NCBI RefSeq assembly: GCF_006345805.1
Contig: NC_043016.1
Span: 31,558,001 to 31,622,000, forward strand
DNA from: Octopus sinensis
Taxonomy: Eukaryota
Reading direction: 5' to 3'
Length of the DNA stretch: 64,000 nucleotides
Shown: positions 40,044 through 50,495 of the stretch, piece after piece
How positions within the stretch are numbered: position 1 is the stretch's first letter
Layout: every line of letters starts with the position of its first letter
Notes under the pieces: model-generated
The model's database searches: none
Told to the model about the DNA's origin: nothing
What the model saw: only the letters and a program-made list of their open reading frames with translations
Made by a program: the position numbers and the translations under genes

Positions 40044-40138
40044 ATCTGATTCTTTATCATAATCATGCTTGTTTGTATGCATTTTATAAACAAATGCATA
40101 TTACATAGAAAAAGTACATGTCAAAGAAAATTCTATTC

Positions 40139-40144
40139 TTTATT
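40139..40144 (-). promoter_or_regulatory. Candidate polyadenylation signal of VAMP7
   Basis: AATAAA on - strand ~210 nt after the stop and ~190 bp before the array. The hexamer is common in AT-rich DNA, so support is weak. Confidence 0.3.
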
Positions 40145-40353
40145 TTGCAGTAAATTTAGTGAAAAAGATTCAAAAATATATATATGTTATCTCAAGTAGA
40201 AATTAAATGAAATTAGAGACAGAGAGAAAGAGTAGGAAATACTTGTATTCTTATTTGAAAACGTCCATAGGGTAAATATATGGCTATTTGTGTCTGTGTT
40301 TCACAATAACTACAACAGGCTGTAAATGGTCATTTGGACTTTCATGTCCATAA

Positions 40354-40419
40354 TTAGTTCCTGGTGCATGGCCAATCAAGTCCACCACATGTAATCGATA
40401 TTATCAGGTACAAAACAAC
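40354..40419 (-). CDS. VAMP7: VAMP7 last coding exon (end of TM, luminal CGG..WP.C tail)
   Basis: Acceptor gtatttgcag|. Reads VVLYLIISITCGGLDWPCTRN*, similar to human IVSPLCGGFTWPSCVKK. Confidence 0.93.
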   Translation of the reverse strand, partial: VVLYLIISITCGGLDWPCTRN

Positions 40420-40770
40420 CTGCAAATACAAATAAATAAATCAGTAAAAAGAAGGACATTTCTCATTCATATTTTACAATAAGGATAAGAAACGTAAAAC
40501 AGTCACAAATACATTTCAGTTTTTATCTACATATCCACCTACACACACACACATATATATATAGATAAGATAAAACTCAGTTGGAAATGGATGCATGGCA
40601 TTCAATCATATAATAATATACATACATACATACACACACACACACATATCACTATGATTCTACCCTACTTATGCTGAATTTCCCTCCTCCTATCCTCTGC
40701 ATATGACAGTAAGTAGACAGCAGTGAACATTCAAACTAAATTCTTGATCAGTATATACATGCATAGAAAT

Positions 40771-40997
40771 AAGATGGCAGAAACGTTAGTACGCCGGGCG
40801 AAATGCTTAGCGGTATTTCATCTGCCGTTACGTTCTAAGTTCAAATTCCGCCGAGGTCAACTTTGCCTTACATCCTTTCGGGGTCGATAAATTAAGTACC
40901 AGTTACGCACTGGGGTTGATCCAATCGACTTAATCCCTTTGTCTGTCCTTGTTTGTCCCCTCTATGTTTAGCCCCTTGTGAGCAGTAAAGAATAAGG
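40771..40997 (+). mobile_element. Young-looking family-B SINE in the last VAMP7 intron
   Basis: CpG-rich copy ggcagaaacgttagtacgccgggcgaaatgcttagcgg...ttcaaattccgccgaggtc, nearly matching the reverse complement of 4085-4315. Confidence 0.88.
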
Positions 40998-41790
40998 AAA
41001 AAATATTTTAATTTTTCTGTCAGATTTAAGAACTATATTAGTTTGTAGTTGTTTTTGTAAACAAACTTTCATGTGCTTTTACTACAAATGGTTTTGTTAA
41101 GCAGTGTTGAGTTTTACAATTCTGTAAATAATAATAATAGTATTTTATAAGCTTGAAGCTTATAGTTACCGCACAATGACTAAAGAAAATAGTCTAATAA
41201 TGGGGTATATAAGCCCTCAACAGAAAAAAGTAGGTTTTCCCATACACGTGAGGCTCTAGAATTTTCTAGACAGTGGAGACTTTAATAATTGCTTGCTTTT
41301 AGTAAAAGTTACATATACTCCTAACTAATTATTAAGCAGTTTTCCTTACTGTAGTATAGATACAGTAAAGAAAGGTCTCTTAGTCCAACCAGGCAGGTCT
41401 TCTAATGTCAATGACAGATATAACCAGTCTATTCTGCTAATGACTGGTAACAGGAAATATATTAAACTGGAAAAATAGCCGCTTTCAACCAGCCATGCAG
41501 CACAGTAAATACAATGATGCATAACAAACTGTTTTAACAAAAGTAACACTCATCGTGTTAGTACTACACACAATAAGAGTAGTGCCAGGGGCAGGCACCC
41601 AGTGTCTGTGATTCAGTAATTTCACTGCCAGCTATGACAACCTTCTATCTCTCAGGTTCATTTTTACATAGGTCAGCCACTATTAATGTTGACACAATGA
41701 AAGCTAAATCTTCTGGTGAAATATATTTAACACATTGAATCAATGAATAACAAAAATAAAGGAAAACAAAAACGTTTTGATTTAACTTAC

Positions 41791-41883
41791 CACAATGACA
41801 ATAAATATTAAAATGCAAATCTTTACATTTTTCCGCCACAGTGATCTAGCAAGATTGACACTGGATTTCTTAAAAGATACTGA
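41791..41883 (-). CDS. VAMP7: VAMP7 coding exon 7 (juxtamembrane region and start of TM)
   Basis: Acceptor ttcctaacag|, donor |gtaagt. Reads SVSFKKSSVNLARSLWRKNVKICILIFIVIV. 93 nt. Confidence 0.95.
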
Positions 41884-41952
41884 CTGTTAGGAAATAAAAG
41901 AGAAAGTATATTGTAAGTATGTGTTTAGACATGTGTATATATATATATATTA

Positions 41953-42200
41953 TGGAAATGTACTTGCATAACAAGTGACTTGGTCTGAGATGGTGTGCTG
42001 AAACAAAAAGAACTGCAGTGTGGAAGATATTTGTAAGCCATTCAAGAACACACAAAAACCACTAGTTTCACTTCAAAATTTAATTTAGCATCATGTTTTG
42101 TCAAAAATATTTTGACACAAATGAAAATTAAATGCCAAAGTGAAACTAATGGTTTTTGTGTGTTCTTGAATGTCTTACAAATATCTTTCACACTGCAATT
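41953..42200. mobile_element. Foldback (palindromic) MITE next to (TA)n
   Basis: Arms tgcagtgtggaagatatttgtaagccattcaagaacacacaaaaacc and its reverse complement ending ctttcacactgca; terminus ggaaatgtacttgcataacaagtgac shared with 52330-52552. Confidence 0.75.
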
Positions 42201-42976
42201 GTTTATATGTATTTTGACTTTAATAAAAGTATATATATATATATAGTTTATAGATCCACTACCCCTTTTCTTCCAAACCTTCCAGGTTTGTCTTTCTGGC
42301 TTTTATAGCCCCCCTCTACAACACCGTTCCATAACCACATCATCCCTGCTCTGGCTAGGACTTCACACCAGCCATAGATTTGGTCTGTAGCTCCCTGTAA
42401 GTTGTGCTGTAGGAACTTCCAGGTGTCTTCTATACTATACATTTTAAACTCCTTTTTACCAGAAGCTTCAATTAGAATGTTTCTGAATTTCTCATGGTCA
42501 GCTGGGTCTTTGAGTTGCCATACCTTTTTTTTTTTTCTTCAGACTGGCTAGTTTCTTTGAGTCCTTCTACCTCTACATCTGAAGTTGCTAGCCACTAACT
42601 TATGCTAGGTTGTTTACATTTTTTGCCTGGGGAAGACTATCTCTCAAAAGATTTTAATACAGTTGTATCAAACACAAAACTCAAAACCATAAGTTGTGAA
42701 GCAAGCATATCTACACAGACTTGCTTTGGTCTAAATATAAGCTAAAAACTCTGGAACAATACAGCAGCTCAGAAAATAGCTTACATTTCTAACTTTAAAA
42801 AATGTAAATTGATAAACAAAGAAAGTGAAACAACGTAATTTATGAGATTTAGTAAGACATTATTTGCTGTTGAAAGTAACACATCAATAAGGTTAAGATT
42901 GGCTGTATTTATAACAGCTACATTTTGCTATTATGAATGCTATGGGGGTTAAAGTACAACAGATCAAACTACTTAC

Positions 42977-43044
42977 ATTTACATTTAGATTATTTGCTTT
43001 ATCAACTAGAAGCTCTAGTTTCTCATTTCGGTCTGATATCTGAT
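42977..43044 (-). CDS. VAMP7: VAMP7 coding exon 6 (R-SNARE zero-layer Arg150)
   Basis: Poly-T acceptor ttttccag|, donor |gtaagt. Reads DQISDRNEKLELLVDKANNLNVN. 68 nt. Confidence 0.95.
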
Positions 43045-43544
43045 CTGGAAAAAAAAAAAAAAGAATTAACAGCATGAAGTAGCAAAGAAAAAAAAATGTA
43101 TGGATATTTATGCTGTCTCTAATATGCTTATTGTTAACTAAATTAATTGAAATGGCTCTAATCATATATTAGAGTCAGCTTGGTGAAATTTTACTGTTAT
43201 ATTGTTGTATCTACCAGGATAATACATTTTTGGCTATTCAAAAGGGTAATTTTGATAGAATGAAAAAGGATATAGTAAACAAAATCATAATATTATAGTG
43301 ATACCGAATTCAATAATAATATTTTCTTTATCTTTATGACATACTTAACATATGGGTATTATTGAAAAGCCTGAAACTACATTTTTCATCAGGGAAGAAA
43401 AAATCTCTTCACAGATGCATTGTGTTAAAAATATAATATACTTCTGGGTGAAGCAGAAGAAAATTGCCAGAAAGTGATAGATGTGCATTTTGTCATTTTT
43501 GTGGTTTGTTTTATTTAGTTCTGAAACACAGTGTTTTTTAAAAC

Positions 43545-44408
43545 ACTATATCTTTTACGCATTTCAGTCGTTACACTGCAGCTATGCTTAAAGAATTTTT
43601 AGTCAAAGGTATTGACCCCATTATTATTTTGTTTTTTAAAGCCTGGTACTTATTCTATTGGTCTCTTTTGCCAAACCACTAAGTTATGGGGATGTAAACA
43701 CATCAGCACCAGTTGTCAAACTGTGCAAGGGGACAAACACCAACACGAAGACATACACACACACACACACACATATATATAAATTAATAAATAAAACATA
43801 TGCATATATACATACATATATGTACATACCTACCTCTACATGTATATATACATGCATATATGGATACAGGACACCAAAAAAACGTCGAACACAATGAGAA
43901 ACAAAAACATAAACACAAAACCAAGGAAATGGACATTTCTTTTAAACAACGAAAAAATAGAGTACAGGACATACAAAACAAGGAAAATTCTATATATATA
44001 TATATATATATATAGTTAGTCCAAACAAAAAAGCACAAAAAAACACAACAACGCGAGGACGTGGAACAAATATAGTATTATTGGATGCTCAGGAAAGAAG
44101 GAAAGAAGGAGGGTTTAACGTTTCGAGTGGAGCTTTTCATCAGAAACATAGGAGAAGGAAAGATCCAGAGAAGGGAAGACAGAGGAAAAAAAATCACCAA
44201 TGGTACACACGAGGTCACATTTTGAAAGACCGGAAGGAAATATATATATATACAATAGGCTTCTTTCAACTTCTATCAATCAAATCCACCTAGAAGGCTT
44301 TGGTTGACTTGAGGCTATTGCAGAAGACACTTGCCCAAGGTGCCACGCAGTGGGACTGAACCCAGGATCATGCAGTTGAGAAGCAAGCTTCTTACCACAG
44401 AGCCACAC
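43545..44408 (-). mobile_element. Family-A SINE split at its microsatellite by a ~450-bp Penelope-like fragment (~43790-44235)
   Basis: SINE 3' part at 43545-43790 and 5' part at 44235-44408 flank an unrelated segment carrying a hammerhead core. Confidence 0.65.
44113..44147 (-). ncRNA. Minimal type I hammerhead ribozyme motif (Penelope-like), probably degenerate
   Basis: 5'-GUUU CUGAUGA AAAGCUCCACUC GAAAC GUU AAAC-3': intact core, helix I GUUU/AAAC, palindromic ACGU helix III, weak helix II. Confidence 0.55.
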
Positions 44409-45172
44409 ATGTACCTACATCTATAAAGGGATTTTTTTTTTGCTGAATGAAAACTGTGGCTTCTGGCCTTTCAATGTACACTAAGTATGTAATATAGGTA
44501 AAAATTATACTCTACAGTGGCTTCTATTGCATAATTTGACTTTTATTCAGCCTGAACAACTTCATTGTAAGCCAATATATTGTTTATACATTGTCTCTAT
44601 ATACTTCAGTCTGGCCAATTCAATCTTGTTTTGGAAGCGACTTAAGTTTGTGACATTGACAAGCTGCAAAAACATTTCAAAGCACATCTGTCGCACTTGT
44701 CACCTCCAGTGTGGTTCTGTTTTGCCTAACTCTGAAGGATATTGCAAATTTTAATGCAATACAACTATAAAAGGAATTTTTCCTGGAAAGAAAAATGCAG
44801 CTTCAGGTTTTTCAATGATACGCATATATTAACCATGTCATATAGATAATAAAAATTTTACTGTAGAGCTCCTAATGCAAAATTCAAATGATGTTTTCAT
44901 TTCCAAATGTTTTGTGAAGCACTATTAAGCTACAATGTAATTAAGTGGAGGGAAAAATGCTTGATTAATTAAAATTAATTATATCCTTGATGATGAAATC
45001 ATTAATGGTGATGATTATTTTTGTCAAGAAATTCAAAGGAGACATGTATGTTTATCCCTATATACCGTGTATGTATGTGTGTGTGGGAGAGGGAAACCCA
45101 GGAAGACATGGGACAAAGTATAGAAGGCTGATCTCAAAATGTTGAACCTTACAAAGATGACAAAGGACCAAG

Positions 45173-45175
<3 letters not shown>

Positions 45176-45208
<33 letters not shown>

Positions 45209-46320
45209 TAATGATAATGATGATGATGATGAAATTATTGTGTATAGTGCTCAGGTGCACTCATCAAAGGTGCATGTACAGTACATAGAACTATGTACAA
45301 AAGTCAGGAAAGTGAACAGGGTATGAGTCATGATATACATGTTTGCATGCATATGGAGTGGGGAATATCAAGTGCTGTGTTGGCAAATTTCAAGAAGCAT
45401 GGAGGTTTTAAAGGATGCAATGTTTCAGCAACTAACAACTGATTCAGGTAGTTTGTTCCATGGCTCAGCAACTCTGAGTGTGAAAAAACGTTTCCGCAAG
45501 TCATGGGAGCTGTGCTTTTTTCTGACATACCCACATGTGTTAGACACATGGAGCTCAAAAAGTTGTTCAAGGTGGTTGTTGGCGCAATAAATAATTATTT
45601 TGTGGGTATTTGCCAAGTCAGTTGTCGGAGCTTCAGAGTATGGTAGGTGCCTGATGGAGGGTATCTGCTTGGCTGCATGTCTCTGTACAGTTTCCAGGAG
45701 GTCGATGTCCTGAGCAAGATAGGGGTTCCAAACTGGTAATGCCAATTCCAAGTGTGGTTGCACCATAGCCATATACAGCCTTAAACAGATAGCTGAAGAG
45801 CAGCTGATAAAGGTCTTGCTGAGTGATGCCAAGATATCCTTGGCCTGCTTGACAATTTCAGAGATGTGCTTTGTCCAGCATAAATCGCTGCTGACGGTAA
45901 TGCCCAGGTCACATTCACAAGAAGACTGCTTGATATTCGTGTTGTGAAGAGAGTATGTGGACATTGGGTTTTTCCTCCCAAAGCGCATGGTGGTACACTT
46001 GTCCACAGCCAGCTTGATTTGCCAGTACATGATCCATTGTTGCATTGTGTCCAGGTCTGATGGCAGGAAAGATCTATAGTGTTCAGGATCTTTCCTTTTT
46101 ACCTCAAGGTACAGCTTGATGTCATCTGCATATTTCAACACTGTGGCATTCTTTAAGTTGGTAGCTATGTCAATGTATGCAACAAACAATAGGGGACCAA
46201 GAACAGATCCTTGTGGTACACCAGATGACATCTCATAGGGTGAAGAATGCTGTCCTTGAAGCATGACTTCTTTTCAGCTGAGAATGAAGGACTCCAACCA
46301 GTTAAAAAAGATCATATGTG
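45176..46320 (-). mobile_element. 5'-truncated CR1/L2-clade LINE (RT domain to 3' tail)
   Basis: ORF 45425-46264: SGVPQGSVLGPLLF..Y..KYADDIKLY..DLGI..VWNPY..LETVQR..FFTLRVAEPWNKLP; ends in a (TCA)n(TTA)n tail. Confidence 0.92.
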
Positions 46321-46324
46321 GTAC

Positions 46325-46640
46325 ATTGCTGTACTGACAAGACCCACCCACCACAACAGAATTAAGATCCTAAAACCAATGTACTACATAAAAAAGCATT
46401 GGTGTGGGTGGTGGTGCCATGTAAATAGCACCCAATATACTCCGTGGAGTGAGTAGCATCAGGAAGGGCATCCAGCCATAGAAACCAAGCCAAAACAGAC
46501 TATTGGACCTGGTGCAGTTCCTGGCCTTGCCAGTCTCTTTCAAGCCATCCAACCCATGCCAGCATGGAAAATGGATGTTAAATGTTGATTCTTTTTTTAA
46601 TCATCATCATCATTGTTGTTGTTTAACATCTGCCTTCCAT
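46325..46640 (+). mobile_element. Family-C repeat
   Basis: caggaagggcatccagccatagaaac...ccatccaacccatgccagcatggaaa. Confidence 0.75.
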
Positions 46641-46675
46641 GGTAGAATTTTATATATACATATATATAAAATTAT

Positions 46676-46990
46676 ATGGTGAAGGCACAAGGCTCAATGG
46701 TCAGAGTGTCAGGCTCACACTCAAGGTAGTGAGTTCAAATCCTGGACCAGACACTATATTTCACATTGCTCTAGTTCGCTCAGCTGTAGAAATGAGTTGT
46801 GACATCACTAGTGCCAAGCTGTATCGGCCCCTTTGCCCTTCCCTTGGATAACATCAGTGGCGTAGAGAGGGGAGGCTGGTATGCATGGGCAACAGCTGGT
46901 CTTCCATAAACAACCTTGCCTGGACTTGTGCCTTTGAGGAGAACTTTCTAGGTGCAATCTCATGGTCATTCATGACTGAAGGGGGTCTTT
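46676..46990 (+). mobile_element. tRNA-derived SINE (family D)
   Basis: A-box-like ggctcaatggtcagagtg, B-box-like gagttcaaatcct, then a non-tRNA body. Confidence 0.6.
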
Positions 46991-47049
46991 AATCTTTATA
47001 TATATAACCTTTATATGTATATATAATAACCTTCATATATACATATACA

Positions 47050-48115
47050 TGGTGGTTGTCTACTCCTTATAAAGAATTTGACCACCTCCTGTACCTACAC
47101 CTTAGAACCATCATGGCGTCTGATGTGGCTTTTTAAACAAGACAACGTTCTGAAAAGATATCCACATAGATTACGTATCAAATTTGGACCACCAAGAGCT
47201 GCAGGTAAGTTCTGATCTTTGTGGATCCTAAAATGTCTTTTGAGGCCTCCGTTAGATTTGCAAACCTTCTGGCATACATTGCATTCAAAGGTGTGCACAG
47301 ACATATAGGCAGATCAGTTGGTGGAGATTTGTTTACCATGGGTTCGCAAATGAGATTTGAGCCCAGCAAAAGAAAGTTCAACCTCCCATACCACTTAACA
47401 TTCCAAAGAACAGAGACTAATAGTCACCATGTTAATAAGTGTTGATAGTAATTTGCTGGTGAGTAAGGGGGGGAAAAAAGTGTCTCAATATATCAATTGG
47501 TGGAAATATCTAGTCATATGTGAAAACCTCACATCTAACCATCACTATGGAATAGTACAAACTTTCTTCAATTCAGATACAGAAAACTGGTATCAATCAA
47601 TCCATCAGGCACATGTATTTTACAACTTCATGTCTGGTTCAAGGGTTTAAGATTGCTGCCATGAACACCATGAAGGATACGTAAAGAGAGATTATACAGG
47701 AAAGAAGATGGAGGGGAACCTCAACCAGGCTCCCCACAAGTAATGGACAATGACAAAGGTACAAATTCTTTCTTTCTTTTTGGAGGGTGGGTGTAATAAC
47801 AATGCAAGAGAAATGAACTAATGAAGTTGTAGTGGCACAAGCAGTCAGCGCCATATTGGATGAGACCTCACCAGCAACCATTTGCCATGCGTGAGATCAC
47901 AACGAGGCTCACAATGGCAAATTGTATATAAAGGGAAAACCTGATTCAGACCTGTCTCTTTTGGCACCACTTCACAGCAGCGCTTGCTGAACACCACCAG
48001 TGGCTGGTCCTGTCTGTAGATTGTATCTCCAGAGGCAATGTGCCTGCACTAATGGAGCTACTACACAATGCACACAGCTAAAGATGGTTGCTGAGAGCAG
48101 CATACTTCACCTATC
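47050..48115 (-). mobile_element. Internally deleted RTE-like LINE (5' UTR-like part plus C-terminal C2H2 fingers)
   Basis: 47095-47304 reads FECNVCQKVCKSNGGLKRHFRIH...LCGYLFRTLSCLKSHIRRH, preceded by a frameshifted KW(R)EVE segment. Family assignment is inferred. Confidence 0.5.
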
Positions 48116-48966
48116 CTGTAAAACTTGTAAATAAAACTAGTTGTAAATAGCATTTGTCCTTGAAGTTTTTTCTCTTTGCCTGCCAGAAGCCTGAACTACA
48201 TAAAGAACAAGAAGATGATGGAAGAAGACGATATTCTTCCGATATCGTAAACCTTGCCTTCCATTATAAAGTGAACAAGACATGAGAGTGTATGATAAAG
48301 AAATTAATCTTAGGTTAATCATGGATAATATAACAGTGATATTTATTGTTGTATATGCACCACAATCAGGACTGGCAGACGAACAGCAGTAAGACTTGTT
48401 GAGGTTCCTCAGTAGACTATCTTTAAAACATGACAGCAGCCTCATTATTACTATACATAATGGCTGTGGATGTGGGGAATGAGTAGGATACCAAATCATT
48501 TACAACACTAATTTCAGAAAATTGACCAGATCAACAACTAATCAAGCACAAGTCAGATAGATCCCAGGAAACAGGATAGACAGATTGTTGTAAATTCTAA
48601 GTGACAGATCTGGGAAGATTGAAAGTAAGGGAGACAACAAAAAACAATATCAGCTGACTTGAAAAGAAGCTAAGTGTCATGTTTGGTACCAAGAGAAGCT
48701 GAAAATAAGTTTGCTCATGTTCTGTAGAATGGAAATAAGAGATATGAGGTTTTCCAGATTGTAAGGTTGAGTACTACTTGAGGTAATTAAGATGTTATTG
48801 GGGAGAAATGTGTAATAGTAGTACATCTCAATGATACTCAGAACAAAATGGCATGGAAATATACTTTTCTGACAATTTAACACTGCACAACCAAATAATC
48901 ATCCTCAATTCATGTTATTCAATCACTGCAAATTAACTGTGTTTTACTTTTTCTCTTATTACTTAC

Positions 48967-49057
48967 CAATATCTCTCACAATAATTTCTTTCAGTTCATC
49001 AACTTGATTTTTAACTTTTTCCAGTTTGTCTGTATTTTTCACATCCGAGTAGTATCG
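48967..49057 (-). CDS. VAMP7: VAMP7 coding exon 5 (start of SNARE motif)
   Basis: Acceptor ttctttag|, donor |gtaagt. Reads RYYSDVKNTDKLEKVKNQVDELKEIIVRDI(D). 91 nt. Confidence 0.95.
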
Positions 49058-50407
49058 CTAAAGAATAAACAAAATAAAATGAAATCAAAAAAAAAATTTT
49101 CAAAATCATATCAGATCAACAGGTAATATATTTGAAAGTGCAGACATCTAAATATTAAAATTAATTATTTTTTAAAAGGATTTTATTCATTTATTTTCAA
49201 AGAATGAATAATAATTAATGGATGTATTTCCTGCCCAATAAATTTCTTTAATATACATTTCAATTACCAAATCTTGATTTCTGTATAGATTATTTTGAGA
49301 GTTCCTAAGAGAGATTGAAGGAATTATGGGACATCCTCTATCCCCTCAGTACTACTTATAATGCTCCACCCACTGTTCCTTGTGGGTAGGCTTCAATGCA
49401 TTTCTAACAGCATCTGTTTCTCTCTTTCTCACTCTGTTTATATTTCTCTCTCTCTTTCACATTTCTTGTCCTGCTGAGATAACCTAGTATCTCCTGTATA
49501 AGACAACTATGTCTGTCTATTATACTCTAACCTCTTGCCTGGCAGACAGCCATTTCCCTTGATTCCAGTCTCTCTCTTAGTTGAGAGGTCTTTGTGTTGC
49601 AAGTACTTGGTGATACCGCTAGTGCAGATGCCACATAAAAATGCCCAGTACCATTGTAAAATGGTTGACATTAGGAAAGACATCTTGTGTAGAAACCATG
49701 TCAAAACTGACAGTCAGAGCCCTCTGGCTGGCAAGCCAGTGGGTTTGCCAGCTCCTATCAAGCAGCCCAACTCATACCAGCATGGAAAACAGATATTAAG
49801 CAATGATGATGATGATGATGGCTATGCTCCCTTCCCTGTTTGCCATTCTCTGTATCGCCTATATCTCTATATTCCCTACTTTTAACCATTGTGTTGCTCA
49901 CCTTACCCTCTTGCAAATTTATCTGGCCTGCTTCCCCTATCCACCTCACATTCATATTCTTGCACCTTGAGGATATATCTTGACATCTCATCATCACCAT
50001 TTCCTCCCCTTTTCCAGCTAAAGTAGCCATGTATCTCCTCTGCAACAAAACACCTGTTCTTATCCCTCTATCGTACTCTTTTCTCTCAACACCTGACATA
50101 AGCCACCTCCCTCAATCAAAGGATCTTGTCTTGCAAGTTATTTGACAAGCTCACTAGTGCTGGTAACATGAAAATACACCCAGTACACTCTGTAAAACGA
50201 CTGGCATTAATAAGGGCGTCTGGGCACAGAAACCATGCCAAAGCAAACACTGGAGCTCAACAGAAGCCTCTGACCTGTTGGATCCTGTTAAACCATCCAA
50301 CATATGCTAGAATAGAATACGGATGCTAAATGGTGATGATGAACATCAACGGAATATAAAATCCATGAAATAATATTAAACAAAAATAGAAACAGCTGTT
50401 ATCATAC

Positions 50408-50495
50408 CATTTGAAGACTCAATTCCCGAGAAAATTCACTATTCATAGCATAGGGTAATGCGGTACGTGCTCTTTGGCCATACTGAACTTGAAAT
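50408..50495 (-). CDS. VAMP7: VAMP7 coding exon 4
   Basis: Acceptor ctatatgtag|, donor |gtatga. Reads FQVQYGQRARTALPYAMNSEFSRELSLQM. 88 nt. Confidence 0.95.

Noticed and set aside
20123-40062. Long repetitive ORFs (up to 979 aa) as a giant protein-coding gene
   Set aside because: An open frame is expected by chance for a 60-bp unit. Common variants are nonsynonymous, there is a stop at 38864, block-duplicated frameshifts look genomic, and I found no splice structure or recognisable domain. Kept only as a testable idea.
41346-41839. Hydrophobic ORFs 41346-41549 and 41645-41839 as alternative VAMP7 last exons
   Set aside because: The AG acceptors I checked are out of phase with exon 7; phase-0 use gives an almost immediate stop.
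42893-43165. Stand-alone 90-aa ORF
   Set aside because: It is VAMP7 exon 6 plus flanking intron read-through.
45425-46264. 279-aa reverse transcriptase as a domesticated or novel RT system
   Set aside because: 5'-truncated, with apparent internal deletions and a simple-repeat tail; an ordinary CR1/L2 LINE relic.
48137-48499. 120-aa - strand ORF as a gene or endonuclease relic
   Set aside because: No recognisable motif in the frames I read and no supporting splice structure.
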